Below are positions 1 to 14,022 of a stretch of 64,000 bases of DNA, one piece after another. This DNA is from Prorocentrum cordatum (lineage: Eukaryota), in the NCBI GenBank assembly GCA_963575745.1, contig CAUYUJ010000025.1:1-64000 (forward strand), in the 5' to 3' direction. The translations under genes were made by a program, and so were the position numbers. Each line of letters starts with the position of its first letter. Within the stretch, counting starts at the first letter, position 1. The notes under the pieces are model-generated. The model did no database searches. It was not told the origin of the DNA and worked only from the letters and a program-made list of their open reading frames with translations.

Positions 1-44
1 CCCCCCCCCCCCCTCCCCCCCCCCCTCCCCCTCCCCCTCCCCCT

Positions 45-3000
45 GCTGGCGTGCTCAGGAGAGGCGACCTGCATCACGGCGACGTCGGCGCGGGAGCTCG
101 ACTACTTCTGCGTGGACGCGGACACGCCCGTCCAGAGCGTCAGCAAGTGCGACTGCTTCGACGTCAGGACGCACCGCGCGGTCCTCCTGCAGCTGGCGCT
201 GCCCAAACCTGGCGGGCTGGTGGCGCGGGTGCACAAGGCCCGCGCTTTCCATGCCCAGGCCTTGACTGGGCCTCAGCTGCCTGGGCCAGAATGGGCTGAC
301 GTTCGTGCCGACCTGGACTCAGTTACCACGCCCGCGGGCCTCGAGGCCGCCTGTGCGAAGGTCCTGGACAGGTACGAGGACGAGCTGCTGGGGCACTTCG
401 ACCTGGAGGGCACGTGTGAGGCCAGCAGGTGCAACGGCAGGAGCGAGGGCGTGAAGCTGGTCCAGACGCAGCTGGAACGCCACCGCTCCAGCAGTTGGCA
501 GCCCACCGAGCGGCCAGACCCAGCCGATGCGCACTGGGGTTGGCTGGCTGACAGGGTGCAGGAGTGGCGGCTGCTGCGGGCAGGGGGCAAGCGGTGCGGG
601 CTCATGCGAGGAGCCTGCAGGTGAAGCTGCTGCACTTCAAGCCACCCGCCCCTGGCTGCGAGCAGACGGTGTGGCGAACCTGGCGGCGGCTGGCGCGGCG
701 CCTGCATCGCCTCCCCGATGTCGAATGCGACGAGCTGCTGGCCCTCCTGAGCCGTCAGGCGGTGGCTGCAGCAGGGAGGGCGTCGCACAGGCGCTACAGG
801 GCCTGGCTCGACTGGACGCGCGACGCCACCGCAGCGGATGGCATGCGCAAGGCGTTTCGCTGGATCCGCGAGCCTGCCCCGTGGGCGGCGGGGCGGCACG
901 GCGGTCGCCAGCTGCGGGGCTGCAGACGGCGCAGGAGGCGGCGGATGCGGCCACCAGCCCGCGACATGCCCTGCGGAGCCAGGGCGAGGGGCTGGAGGCG
1001 ATCCGCTGGCCCAGGGAGCTTGGCGACGCCCCCCCTCTGCCGACGCCCGATGAGCTGCGGAAGGTGGGCCACTCCTTCCCGCGCATCACGGGCCTTGGGG
1101 GCGACCCCTTTCACCCGCGGCACGTCGCCTTCCGGTCGGACGGCGCGCTGGTGGCCCTGACGGCGGTCTGGCGGCGCATGCTGGCCCTCGATCGCGTGCC
1201 GAAGGCGCTGGCCTTGCTGCAGATGGCGCTCATCCCGAAGGCCGAGTCGGGGTTCCGCACCATCAGGCTCTTCGCGGGCTCCCTGAGGCCCTTCGCGCGC
1301 TGGACGCGCGGCACTCTCGGCGCCCGCTGGGCCAGCGACCACCAGAGGGACTACGTCTACGGCACGGCTGGCCAGAGCTGTGAGACGCGCGTGTGGATCC
1401 AGGCGGCCAATGCAGAGGTGGCGACGCACCGCAGGCAGGCGTCCTGCACGGTGCTCATGGACCTTTCCAAGGCCTACGAGCACATCCCGTGGGCGCTGCT
1501 GGCCCTGCGCGCCCGCGCCATGGGCTTCAACATGATGCTGATGAGGATGATCGTCAGGTTGCACGCCCTGCCGAGGCTGGTCACCGCGGACGGCGTCGCC
1601 ATGGGCTGGTGCAGCCCGCAGCGAGGAGTGGTGGCAGGCTGCAGCTTCGCCGACCTCTGCATGGGCATCTTCCTCGTCCCGCGGCTGGATGAGATCGCGG
1701 CGCTCGGCGCGGTGGACGTGGGCAACGCAGTCGACGACGCTCAGCTCAGCAAGGTCGGGCTGCCCAGAGTCGCAGCGGCCAACGTCAGCGCAGCCTACAA
1801 GAGAATTCGAGACGACCTCTCGGCGGGCGGGCTCGTCGTCAACGCCGGCAAGGGCGTGGCGCTGTCCAACTCGCCCGCCTGCGGTCGCGAGGTCGCGCGA
1901 CGCTGCCGCCCCCTGCGCGGCAAGCTCAAGAGCTCGGCGAGGAACCTGGGCGTCGACTTCGCCAGCGGGCGCCGTGCGGGAGTGAGCGCGCGGACCAAGC
2001 GCACTGCCACTGTCCTGCGCCGTGCGGCACGCATTCGTGTGCTCCGCGCGGCTCGAGGGAGAAAACGGCGGCTGGTCAGCCTTGGGCTGACCCCAGCTGG
2101 ATGTTGGCGAGCGGGGGTGACTGGGAGGGCGTGGGGCGGGATCGAGCCGATGAGGCGTGCGGCGCACTCGGCTCTGTATGTGCGCGCAGTTCGTCGCTCC
2201 CTCGATGTCGACCTCCACCTCGCCCCTGCCTCCCCGTGGTCGGCGGGCCCCGCCTATGCGTGCGCGGCAGGACCCATTTTCATGCTGACTCGGGCGATTT
2301 GGTCCTCGTGGATTCCTCGGGGCTCGGTTGCCAGGCTGATGTTTGCTTCTGAGTCCGCTTTCTTGGCCGACCCGTCCAAAAGCGACCGGCCCTTTGTCAA
2401 GGGCCCGATCTCTGCCGCCGTCGCCAGCTGCCGTCGGATCGGGCGGAGGCTCGGCCCAGGGGTGTGCATGCTTTTTAACCCACGAGGGGGATAAGATCGA
2501 CCTCGCTCGCACGTGCCCCCGTTCAGTGTTGCGCGTAGTCCGATTTGCTATCGAGGATTGGCTGTTGGACCGTGCTCACAGGTGTTGCGAGTACTTGTCG
2601 AGCCTCTCTCACCGTCCCTATTTGCCCCCCCTTCGCAAGCTCTGCAACGGATCGCGCGGCTCCGATTGGGCTCCTCGACGCCAGGCCAGTCTCCGTGCGA
2701 TTGCTGCGAACGGGATCTGGGACCAGGCTCGGAAGTTTCGGCGTGGTCTGACGACCGATCCGTCGCGCCCCCTGCGCGGCTGCTGCCCAGGCACCTTCGC
2801 CGCGTGGATCGCGGGCGAGTGCCTGGCCACATGGCAGTTCGTGCGAGAGTGCGACCTTCCCCACTCCGTCAGATCGGGGATCCGCGAGCACCCAGGCTGG
2901 GCCCTCTGGAGGCATGGCTTGGTCCCCGATCCTCGGCCTTGGGTGCTCGGCCCGTCCCTCTCCCTCCTCGTCCGCTGGCTCAAGCGTCCGCTGGGCGGTC

Positions 3001-4185
3001 ATTTCGAAGGCGAGGCCTTCGGCGACGGCTCGCGCGCGTCGCTGGCACAGGGCGACCAGCGCCTCAGCCGTGCGGGCTGGTGCGTAGTGCAGGTGGACGC
3101 CCGAGGGGAACTCGTGGCCTCCTTGCGCGGCTTGCTGCCTGGATTACACCAGGCGTCGGACTTGGCCGAGGCGCACGGCCTGCCCATGTATATCACGCAT
3201 GTTTCGCTCGGCCCCTTGCGCTACCGCACGGACTGCGCATGGGTGGTCACGAGCTTCCAGCGTGGCCGCCTCGAGACCACGGGCGCCATGTGTGAGGGCG
3301 CTGACGCGTGGTCTCAGATATGGGATCGGGTGGGCGACCTTGGGGGGGGGGGGAGGTGCTGAAAGTCAAGGGCCGCGCCCGCCGCCGCCGCGGCGACGAG
3401 CAGGAGCTGCGCGCGGTCGCGCGGTGGGGAAACCACCGCGCAGATACTGGCGCTCGCGTGGGCGCTGCTCTGCATCCGTCGGATGCCGAGGCGAGCGCGC
3501 GCGTGCAGCGCTCATTTAAGCTGGTCGCGTTCGTGGCCAAGTTCCTGGCCAGGACTTTGCAGGCTGTCGGCCCCGAGTCGCAGTCGGCACCTCGCCACGG
3601 ACAGCTGCGGCGGGCGCAGAGACGGGGGCCGACGCCCGCCCTCGCGGCGGACACGGAGCCGCCCCCAGGCGCGCATGTGCCTGTGCCCGCGCCCACGGGC
3701 GGCGTCAGGTGCGCGAGGTGCTTACGCGTGGCTCGGCACCGTGAGGCCTTCGACCCTCCCGCGTGTGCCCCTGGTGGGGGTCACCGCGTGTGGCATGTAG
3801 GCCAGTTCATCTTCTGTGCCCGCTGCGGTGCGCATTCGGGCGAGAATGCGCAGCTGCTGGCGCAACCTTGCCACGGCGGAGTGGCCCCCGAGACGCGCGC
3901 GCGTTTGGACCGTCTTTGGGAGGGTCTCCACCCTCGCACTGGGCGGCCGCTGCTGCCGACTGACAAGGGTCAGCTGAGGCCGCGCCCATTCGGCGAGGTC
4001 GTCATCGACGCCACCTTCGGGGGCTTGGCCGTGGTCGATGACGATAGCGCCGAGTAGGGGTGGCCTCCTGACCCGTCCTCGTGTGGCACGCCTTCTGGAG
4101 GTGCCCGAGGAATTTCCTTCTTGTCAGGCGTCTGCCTGAGTCTGCTTGCGTCGCCTGCGCACGCTTGTGGCCCCGTCTGGATAAA
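45..4185 (+). mobile_element. 5'-truncated, decayed non-LTR (LINE-like) retrotransposon: APE endonuclease end, RT, RNase H, C-terminal Cys motifs
   Basis: Domains in LINE order across shifting frames: APE C-terminus (ELDYF...RTHRAV, ~95-185); RT motifs (LIPK, DLSKAYEHI, GVVAGCSFAD, AVDDA in ORF 527-2494); RNase H (FGDGS, LAEA, YRTDC in ORF 2343-3362; KVKG and GNHRAD in ORF 3308-4057); CARC...CARC. Ends are approximate. Confidence 0.85.
61..4057 (+). pseudogene. Frameshifted LINE ORF2 (EN-RT-RNase H)
   Basis: Coding signal split over ORFs 112-624, 564-1160, 527-2494, 2343-3362 and 3308-4057; at least four frame changes (some may be homopolymer errors, e.g. the G-run near 3345). Confidence 0.8.
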
Positions 4186-4460
4186 ACCCCTCCCCCTCCC
4201 CTTCCTCCTCGTCCTCTTCCTCCTCCCCCACCACCTCCACCTCCTCCTCCTCCTCCTCCCCCTCCTTCTCGTCCTCCTCCTCCTCCTTTTCCTCCTCCTC
4301 CTCCTCCTCCCCTCCCCCTCCTGCGCGTCCTCCTCCTCCTCCTCTTCCTTTCCCTCCTGCTCCTCCTCCTCCTCCTCTTTCCCCTCCTCCACCTGTTCCT
4401 TCCTCCTCCCCTTCCTCCTCCTCACTCTTACCTCCGTTTCCCTTTCCCACCCTCCCCGCC
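4186..4460. repeat. (CCT)n low-complexity tract
   Basis: Direct reading. Confidence 0.9.
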
Positions 4461-5339
4461 GCCCTGTTTGATGCGCTCCCGCTTTCCAGCCCCCCCGTGG
4501 CCACTCAGCGCGGAGGGCGCCCAGGTCCCGATTTGCTTCTACAGGCTGGACAGGAAGAGCATCCGGGCCCACGAGGGAGGCCACGAGGGGGCGGGGGGGC
4601 ACTGCGGTCTCGGTGTGGACACGTACAACATCCAGGCCCATGAGGCAAGCCACGAGGAGGCGGGGGGCAGCGCGGTTTCGGTGGAGACCCTTGAATCCAG
4701 GCGACGCCAAGAACGGCACAACTATTTCTCTCCACGCGCGCGGCCCCTGGAGGTCGCTTCCAGGCCCCATGACCGCCAGACAACGTAATGGAATTGTGGC
4801 CCCGGGGTCGACGTCAAGAAATTCATGTCACGTCGGGGAGGAGGATGAGGGGAGGAGGAGGTGGACGAGGAACAGAAAAAACGATGAGGACGATGCGAGG
4901 GGAGGAAAGGGGAGGAGGGAGGGGGGAGGAGGAGAGGAGGAGCGGAGGAGCGAGGAGGAGGATGAGGCGCACAGCCTTGAGCTTGCTCGTGGCAGACTCG
5001 GCATTTCGACCTGCGACCTGCTGAAAGGACTTAGAGATCCGAAGCTTCGGTCGGAGACCTCGGGGTCCCCAGGTCGCCTTGGAGCCCCTGTCGGGCCCCG
5101 GGGCCCCTGCGGACCACAGGGCCTCGATCTGCGGTACTCGCTCGTCCCCAGGCCTCCGCTCGCTGCGGGCAAGACACGACGGTCGGCATTTTTGCCCCTG
5201 GTCGGCCTCCACGGGCCCCCGTCGTGTGTTGGCCACCTCGTGGGCCGTTTTGCTGTTCGTTCGGTTTTGCATGCAAGACAAAGCGAAGGCAACACGAGGA
5301 AGAACGAACCGCACAACGACAACGAGAAACACCGTTAGG

Positions 5340-5945
5340 AAGAGGAGGAGGAGGAGGAGGAGGAGCAGGAGGAGGAGGAGGAGGAGGAGCAGGAGGAGGA
5401 GCAGGATGAGGCGGAGCAGGAGGAGCAGGAGGAGCAGGAGGAGCAGGAGGAGCAGGAGAAACAGGAGAAACAGGAGGAGCAGGATGAGATTGGGGAGGAG
5501 GAGGAGGAGGAGGAGGAGGAGGAGGAGGAGGAGGAGAATGGGGAGGAGGAGGAGGAGGAGGAGGGAGGAGGAGGAGGAGGAGGGGGAGGAGAAAAAGGCA
5601 ACACGATCACGAACAACGCAGTTTAGGCTCAGCCCCGCTGGGCCCTCCCCAGGGCTGCCGGGGCACGCCGGGAGAAGCCGCCCGTCGCTCGGGGAACGGC
5701 CCCCCGGGCCTCCAGGGGTGCACGAGGTGATGAAGTCACGCCGTCGGACGTCTGGGGCCTCGGTCGTCCAGTCGGCCGAAGCTGAAGCCCAGATTCGTGC
5801 TCCCCCCCCTCGTCCTTTCGTCTTCCTTCTTTTTCCTCCTCCTCCTCCTCCTCCTCCTCCTCCTCCTCCTCCTCCTCTTGTCCTCCTCCTTTTTTCCTCC
5901 TCATTCTCCTCCTCCTCCTCTTTTCCTCATGCTTTCTCTTCCTCC
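5340..5945. repeat. (GAG)n/(GGAGCAGGA)n tract 5340-5590 and (CCT)n tract 5820-5945
   Basis: Direct reading. Confidence 0.9.
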
Positions 5946-6319
5946 CCCTCCCCGCTTCGGGGCCAGCCGTCCGAAGCTCCCCCACCCCTCACCCCTCACC
6001 CCTTAGCTTGGAAGCTCTCCCCCCCTCCACCCTTTTCGGAGGCCGGGGTCAGCCCGGGCTCCCCTTTCGGAGGGGGAGGGGGGCTTCCGAAGCTACCCAC
6101 CCCCGCCCCTTCCTTCTGTGTGGATGTTGTAGCTGGGGGGGTCCCTGGCTTAGGGGGGGAGGGCGTTTGGAAGCTATCCCCCCCTCCTTTTCGGGGCCTG
6201 GGGTAAGCCCGGGCTCCTCTTTCCAGAGGGGCTGGAGATTTTTCCGAAGCTTCCCCCCCCCTCCCCTCCTGTCGGCTTTTCCAGCCGGAGGGCCCTGGCA
6301 GAGGGGGGTTCGAAGCATT

Positions 6320-6960
6320 TTTTTTCCTGCGGGTTTCGGCGCCCTGTGTTTTGCGGCGCACGTTGGTTTTCGAGGTGTCTTTCGTTTTCGGCCCCCTCTT
6401 TGGTTTTCGGCGCGTTTGGCGCCTTTGGCGCTTCCTTGGTTTTCGGCGCTCCTTTTGTTTTCGGCGCTCCTTTGGTTTTCGGCGCTCCTTTGGTTTCGGC
6501 ATTCCTTTGGTTGTCGACGCTTTTTTTTGTTTTCTGTGCACCTTTCCTGTTTTCGGCGCATCGTTGGTTTTCGGTGCCCTCTTAGGTTCCCGCGTTCCTT
6601 TGGTTTTCGGCGCCCCTTTAATTTTCGGCGCCGTTTTGGTTTTTTCGGCGCTCTCTGGTTTTCGGCGCCCTCTTGCTTTTTGGGCTCCCCTCGGCTATCT
6701 GCGCGGCTTTCGTAAGTGGCGCACTTTGGTTTTTAACGCCCTTTTGGCTACCGGCGAATATTTGGTTATTCGGTGCCTTTTGGCTTTCGGCGCATCGTCG
6801 GTCTTCGGCTCTCATGTAGTTTTCGGCGATTATTTGGTTTTCGGCGCCCCTTTGGTTTCCGGCGTTCCTGCGGTTTTTAGCGCCCCATTAGTTATAGTTT
6901 TTTGTTTGTTTTCGGCGCCCCGTCCTTCTTCGGAGATTATGTTGTTTTCGGCGCCCCTGT
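6320..6960 (+). repeat. Degenerate ~19-20 bp minisatellite, GGTTTTCGGCGCYCCTTT
   Basis: Tandem TTTTCGGCG units; a second array lies at 10230-10990. Confidence 0.9.
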
Positions 6961-7489
6961 CGTGTTTGGCCCCCCTGTAGATATCGCTGCCACCTTGGCT
7001 CCCCACCCGACAGGCTGGGGTTGTTAGGTTTCAATCGCAGGCCCCCCTGCCAACCCCACCCTGCATACCTCATGGGCAACGATAGGGGGCGATATGCATA
7101 TGGGGGGATCATCGACCCCCCATCGCCCATTGATCGCCGATAGGGGTCCGATAGCACCAACCTGCACAGGAAGGGTCGGATTCACTATCGGGGGCCTATC
7201 GCCGTTCTATCGGCGATGTATCGCCGATTCCAGGTCGATCCACCCCCCCCTATGCCAGTTCACCCCTATCGTTGCCCCCCAACATCGCGGCCGCTGGACT
7301 CCAAGTATTCCCCGTGATCCCGGGTATCACGCCTCTCGCCCGGCCAACCCCACCCTGCACACCGCGGCCGCCAAACCCCCAAGTTGTCCCGTTGAACTCA
7401 GGCATCCCGCCTCGCCGCCAGCCAGCCCCTCCGCACACTACCGCGACCGCCAGTCTCCGAGAGTCCCGGGTGTCCCGCCTGGCGCCCTC

Positions 7490-9030
7490 GACGAACACGA
7501 CCGAACACAACATGACAGAACAGAACATGACATAACGGAACAGAGCATGATAGAACATGACAGAACGTAGCATATCAGTGTCATGACAAAGACCATACCA
7601 TATTCTCACATAACATACCATAGCAAAACATACCATAACAAAAGACGACATACCACAACACAACACAGCATAACCGAGCATGACATGACACACTTTGACA
7701 GATCACATTAAATCCTGACACAGCATCACATACCATATCAGAACACGGCAGCAGAGCAAGCAACGACGAACACGACAGAATACAGCATGACACTACATAG
7801 CATGACATACCATAACACGAGCATGACAGATCATGACATAACAGATCATAGCAATGCCATGACACAGCAGAACATACTATGCCATCACATAGCATGCCGT
7901 ACCATAACATACCATAACAGAAGTCGGCATAACACGACACACATGACATCGCCGATCATAACAGACCACACCGTGACATAACATTTCATACCCAGACACA
8001 GCATATCGCATACCATATCGTAACAAGACAACAGAGCATAGCGACGACGAACACGACAGACCGCAACATGACAAAACATAACATGACCGCACTGAACAGA
8101 ACATGACAGAACATGACAGAACATATCATATCAATCCCATGACAAAACAGATCATAACAGAGCATCCCAGAACATTCCAGAGCAGAACATGTCATAACCG
8201 AAAACGACATAACACACCATACCACAACATAACCGAGCATAACATAACGCACTTTGACAGAACACAACTCATCATGACACATCATCACATACCATACCAT
8301 ACCACGACAGCAGAGCATAGCGACGACGAACACACCATAGCACAACTCGAGACACGATAACATGACAGCACAGAACACGAGCATGACATAACCTGCCATA
8401 ACCTAGCATATCAATGTCAGGGTAGAAAACGACAGAGCAGAACACGACATAACAGAAGACGACATAACACAACATAGCATAACAGAACCGAGCATAGCAT
8501 AACACACATTGACGGGACATGTCATACCATGGCACAGCAATCACAGAACATACAAGAGCACGACAGCAGAGCACAGCAGCGACACATACTAGCAGGACGT
8601 ACCAGCACATATTATACAGCGCCGAGCCGTCAACAACCATACTATCACATAACATGCCAAATCAGAGCATGACATACCAGAAGGCGACATACCACACCAT
8701 AACAGATCGTCATTGATTACATACAATATTGTAATGCGTCGATCTGCCAACATCATCACGGAACAGAGCATGCTATACTTTATGTTGACATACCACTTCA
8801 TGTCAGAGCATAGTGGCACATATCAGATCACAGCATACGATCTCGCAGCATTTGGTGACAGAGATGAGCATACCATAGCATGTTCAATCAGAGGAGAAAC
8901 GTAAAGGTGAATCTGAACATAACAGGCAACGCATTTAAAGTCACAGGCGTCACGCCGGCCCGTCGAGAACGGAACAGGACATGATAGAGTTTAACATGAA
9001 AGAACGTGACTACGTAGAGCACGGTTGACA
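7490..9030. repeat. Degenerate pentamer tract (CATGA/CATAA/CAGAA)
   Basis: 5-bp periodic, A/C-rich sequence. Confidence 0.85.
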
Positions 9031-9239
9031 CGTTCTTGAAGCCAGATTCGGCATTTGTCGACCGATTAGGCGATCGCGCGGTGTCGGGAGCAAGCGCTGG
9101 AGGTTTCGGTGTGGATCGCTCGAAGCAACATCAGAGTGAGGGGGCCGAACGGTCATTCATTGTCCCTGGGTGCGTGGCTCTAGTGGGGATCCGTGGTGAG
9201 GATTCTGCTTGTTGCTTTGTTGTTGCTTGTTGTCGTCGT

Positions 9240-10080
9240 CCCCCCCGCGACCCACCCGCGACCCACCCCGCGACCCACCCAGCGACCCACCCCGCGACCC
9301 ACCCCGCGATCCACCCCGCGACCCACCCCGCGACCCACCCGCAAGCCACCCCGTGACCCGCCCGCGACCTTTTTTTTTGCGCCCGGACAGAACGCCTGGG
9401 CGACACAACCCGAAGGGAGGTGCCCAAGGTGCCTGCATGAATTCACATGCAGTCGGACCTCGCAACACGAACGGCGGCACGGACCCGCCCCATGCGTTAT
9501 CCGCGCCGCCGTTGCGAGGTGCCTCGACATGCCACCCGGACACCCGGCCACCGGCACCACCCCCACTTGGCCGCCGGCCTCAAGCAGTGGAGGCCCCGCT
9601 GAAGGAGTGAAGTTCCGGCGCCCCCCACGTCGGGGGACCCCTTCGAGTAACCTCATCGGGCCTCTCAGGGGTGGTACGGCGGGCTCGCACCTACTGTGGC
9701 TGGCCAACCACAGGGCAAGAGTCTCTCCCACAGCCCCGTCGAGCTGTGGTGACGATCGGGCTGCCAACCCGCCTGTTCTCCTGGGACGCCACGAGGGCAC
9801 CCAGCGGCACAGGTGCCACCCGCCCGCGACCCACCCGCGACCCCCCCCGCGACCCACTCCGCGACTCACCCGCGACCCACCCCGCGAACCACCCTGCGAC
9901 CCACCCCGCGACCAACCCCGCGACCCACCCGCGACCCACTTGCGACCGACTCCGTGACCCATCCGCGACCCACCCGCGACCCATCTTGCGACCGACCCCG
10001 CGACCCACCCGCGACCTACCCCGCGGCCCACTCCACGGCCCACCCCGCGACCCTTCCGCGACCCACCCCGCGATCCACCC
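9240..10080 (+). repeat. Two arrays of a 12-bp CCCGCGACCCAC unit (9240-9370 and 9815-10080)
   Basis: Direct reading. Confidence 0.85.
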
Positions 10081-10229
10081 ACATTGCTTTAACGAGAAAA
10101 TCGGCGCCTGCGGCGTGCTCAATGCGAATTTGTAAAGTTAGGCGCCTGCGGCGGGCTTCTTCAGAGCCTCGCAGACTGACGACGTCCTCGCCGCCCCCTC
10201 ACTCTTATCCTCAACTGCGGGGGGCTACG

Positions 10230-10990
10230 TATTTTTCCGGCGCCTTTTTAGATTTTCGGCGCATCGTTGGTTGTCGGCCCTTCTTGGATGTTCGGTGCTT
10301 ATTTGGGTTTCGGTGCCCCTTGGGTGTTCGGCGCCCCTTTGGTTTTCGGCGCCGTCTTGGTTTTCGGTGCTCCTTCGGTTTTCGATGTCCTTTTGGTTTT
10401 TGGGTGTCCTTTTGGTTTCCTGCGCATCTTTGGTTTTCGGCGCACTTGTTTGCATTCGGCGGGTTGTAGGTTTTCGTCCTCCTTTTGGTTTCTGCGTCCC
10501 CTTTGTTTTCTGCGTTCCGTTGGTTTTCGGCGCCCTTTCTGCGTTGGGCGCTCCTTTGGTTCTCGGCGCCCTTGTGGTTTTCGGCGCCCATTTTGTTTTG
10601 GACGCTCCTTTGATTTTTCGCCGCCGTTTTGGTCTTCGGTACACTTTTGGTTTTCGGCGCTCCTCTGGTCTTCGGCAGTGTTTTGGTTTTCGGTGCCCAC
10701 TTGGTGTTTGGCGACCCTTTTAATGTCGGCTCCCTATTGCTGCTCGGTGCACCTTGGTTTTCGGCGCCCTTTGAGGTTCGACGTTCCTTTGGTTTGCGGC
10801 GTTCTTGTTAGGGTTTTGTTGATCCTTTTGGTTTTCGGGGCATCTTCGGTTTTCGGCGCTGTTGTGGTTTTCGGTGCCCTTTCGGTTTTCTGCGTTTCTT
10901 TGGTTTTCGGCGCTCTTTGGTTTTCGTATTATTTTGGTTTTCGGTGGTTCTTGGGTTTTCGGCGCTCTGTTGGTTTTCGGCGCTCTTTCC
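10230..10990 (+). repeat. Second TTTTCGGCG minisatellite array
   Basis: Same unit and orientation as 6320-6960. Confidence 0.9.
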
Positions 10991-11659
10991 TTGAGCCCGG
11001 CGGGGGGCTTCCAAGCCCCCCTCCGTTTAGCCCAAAGGGGGGGGGGTTCTGGCAGGAGAGGTTCAAACTGGGTGGGGAGCTAAGTAAGCCCCTCCCCCTT
11101 TGGAAAGGGACGGGGGGGGATAGCTTCCAAAGCGCGAAAGGAGGGGAGGGGGAGGGTAGCTTCCGATGGGCAGAGAAACATGGAGGGGGGGGGCTTCTGG
11201 CAGGGGAGGTTCAAGGGGAGGGGGCACATGAGCCCCCCTCCCTTTGGACAGGCAAAGGAAAGGGGGTAGCTTCCGTTGCGCGACAGGGATGGAGGGGGGG
11301 TAGAGCTTCCGAAAGACGGAATAAAAAGGGGGGGGGGGCTTCTGGCAGGGCAGGTCCAAGGGGGGTGAGGGTGCTGAGGGGGGACGGGGGGCCCCCCACC
11401 CCTTTTTGGGAATGCGCCACGGGTTCGCTCTCTCTTAGGTCCTTCCATGGTTACTCATTCCTAGAGCGGTCCCCGTGCACTTGGGTGTTTCGGGGTGCCA
11501 AACAGGTGACTGCGTTCCTTGTGCGCTTCTCCTGCTGGCAACAGCTTGCTCGCGTGAATGTCTAGAGGCGCCCTCAGAGGAAAGTGGCCTTCGGCAGGTG
11601 CCGCCGATTCGGGTCGCTCGGGGTGCCCCCCAGACTGGGCGGCGACACTTCGCCGACAG

Positions 11660-11719
11660 ACACGCGCGCACACGCTCCTAGACATTACGCGCACACGCGC
11701 ACACACACTACACACACAC

Positions 11720-11765
<46 letters not shown>

Positions 11766-11781
11766 CACACACACACACACA

Positions 11782-11833
<52 letters not shown>

Positions 11834-11980
11834 CACGACACACAGACACACACACACACACACACCACATTCACACATGCGCGCCACCTTCGCAGGCACA
11901 TGCATACGTACACGCCGGCAACACACACGCATAAGCACACCACGCACACAGCGCAAACACCCACACACACCACACAACAG
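11660..11980. repeat. (CA)n/(CACG)n microsatellite
   Basis: Direct reading. Confidence 0.95.
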
Positions 11981-13844
11981 TCACGCATTTCACCGCTACT
12001 TTCGTTTTCCCCCCTTTTGTTCCCCGTTTTCCGCTCTTGTCCCGTTCCACCTCTCTCTCTCTCTCTTTCCCCGATCCCCTTCTCGCGTACGCAGACAAAC
12101 ATTACCCCGCGCACGCGCGCACCCCCCCCCTCTCTTCCTTCCCCGGCAGAGCCATCCCCGCAACCCCACCAGAGGCTGAAGATCAGCCTCGAGGCTGTAG
12201 CTGAGGCGCGTTCGAACTCACACGCCACAGCACACCTCCTTCCCCTCCCCCACGCCATCGCATCCTCCGCCACCGGACCCTTCCCCCCCCCTCTTCCCCC
12301 TGTCCACAGGCGGGAAAGGGGACCAAGCCGCCGGAACCCGCGCCACCAGAACCCCCCGCACCTCCTTGCCTGCCCATGGGAGGGGGTGGAAGGTTTCTTT
12401 CGGGGGTATCCGTTGTCGGTTTTCGAGAGGGCGCCGCGGCCGTGATTTTCCAGGTTTGTGCTCGCCAGGTTTGGGCCCGAGGTCGTTTTCACGAAACCCC
12501 GTTTTGCGAAAGGGGGGCTTTATCCATCCCCGATTCCTCGCGCGGGCGGATGCGCCCCCCCCCGCCCGCCCAGGCAGGAGGGGCCTCCTGGAGTTGCACT
12601 TCACCGAGGCGCGCCCCCCAAGGGTGCTGCTGTGGGCGTGGGCTCTTGCTCTGGGAGCGTTTTTGAGTATGTGTGGCTATGAATGTCTCTTCCCAAGGCC
12701 GCCTGTAGGAGGGCATGCCCGGCCTAGGCCGTGGAGCCAGCTGGGGGGCTGAGGTGGCCCAGCTTTGCTCCCACGGGGCAGCCCGCGGGTGGCATCGGGC
12801 AGCAATTTTGCGACACCTCGGCAATCCCACCATGGGCAGGGTTTGTTCATGGAGCGACCGCGGGTGGCAACGGGCGGCAACGATGCGAAGGCTCGACGGA
12901 GCCATCGAAGCCACGGTACGTACACGGGCGGCAACGTGTCGTTCAGTGGCGAAACCTCTACAGACCCATCCAATGTTCTACAATTCGAGCGGCAAAGAGC
13001 TTCGAGTGCAAGCATCGTTTGGGTAGCATGCCTTCGGATAAATGCTCCCTCTGGGCCCATATCGATCTGGTCGACCCGATTCCATATCGACGTCGGCCAG
13101 CCCGATCCGAGTCGATTTGATATATCGGAGTTCCGACGCTGGCAGATGTTTGCGCGGCGTTGCCGTGCATCGTGGCGCGGCCGATCCGGCCCGATCTGGA
13201 TGCCGTGCTGGCGCAAACCGATCCGACGCACGCGTCGATTCGATTCGATGTTCCGATGTGATGCCGATTGATCATGCAGTGTTGTTATCGGGCCATGTCT
13301 CCCCCACCTGGCAGCCGCGAGAAATATGCAGTCTTGATGCTTCGCGTCATTATCCCCGCCAGCCCATCTAGATACGATGCCCATGAGCTGTTTGGGTGAG
13401 CATGTTCGAAGGTGGAGGTGAGGAGGACAACGAGTAGGAGGAGGAGGGGGGAGGAGGACAAGGAGGATGAGTGGGGGGAGGAGGGGGAGAGGATGGGCAG
13501 GAGGCAGAAGGGAAGAGAGCAGGAGGCACGAACGGGGAGAACGGGGAGGAGCGGAGAGGGGCAGGAGGCAGAGGCGGGGGGAGGAGGTGCGGGGAAGCCC
13601 AGGGAGGGCGGGGAGGCAGCGGTGGTGGGGGCGCACCTGGCACGGTCCGTGCCGCCGCCGTGCCCGTGCGCAAGCCTTTGGCCTCTAGGCCGACGCGCGG
13701 GCGCCTCGCGGGGGGCTCCGCCCCGCCACCCCGCCCTCGCGCCGCCCTCACGCCGCCGCGGCGGCGCCACCGCGGCGACGCGATGCCCCAGCCGCGTGCC
13801 GCGCGGGCGCCCTCGGGCGGCCGGCGGCCGCTGGTCGTCGAGGG

Positions 13845-14022
13845 GGAGGAGGAGGAGGAGGAGGAGGAGGAGGAGCAGGAGGAGGAGGAGGAGGAGGAAG
13901 AGGAGGGGGAGGAGGAGGAGGAGGAGGAGGAGGAGGAGCAGGAGGAGGAGGAGGAGGGAGGAGGAGGAGGAGGAGGAGGAAGAGGAGGAGGAGGAGGAGG
14001 AGGAGGAGGAGGAGGAGGAGAG
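13845..14022. repeat. (GAG)n microsatellite
   Basis: Direct reading. Confidence 0.95.

Noticed and set aside
12167..12178. CACCAGAGGCTG, a near reverse complement of the hairpin motif (similar at ~53320)
   Set aside because: Incomplete and without the paired outer stem; consistent with chance.
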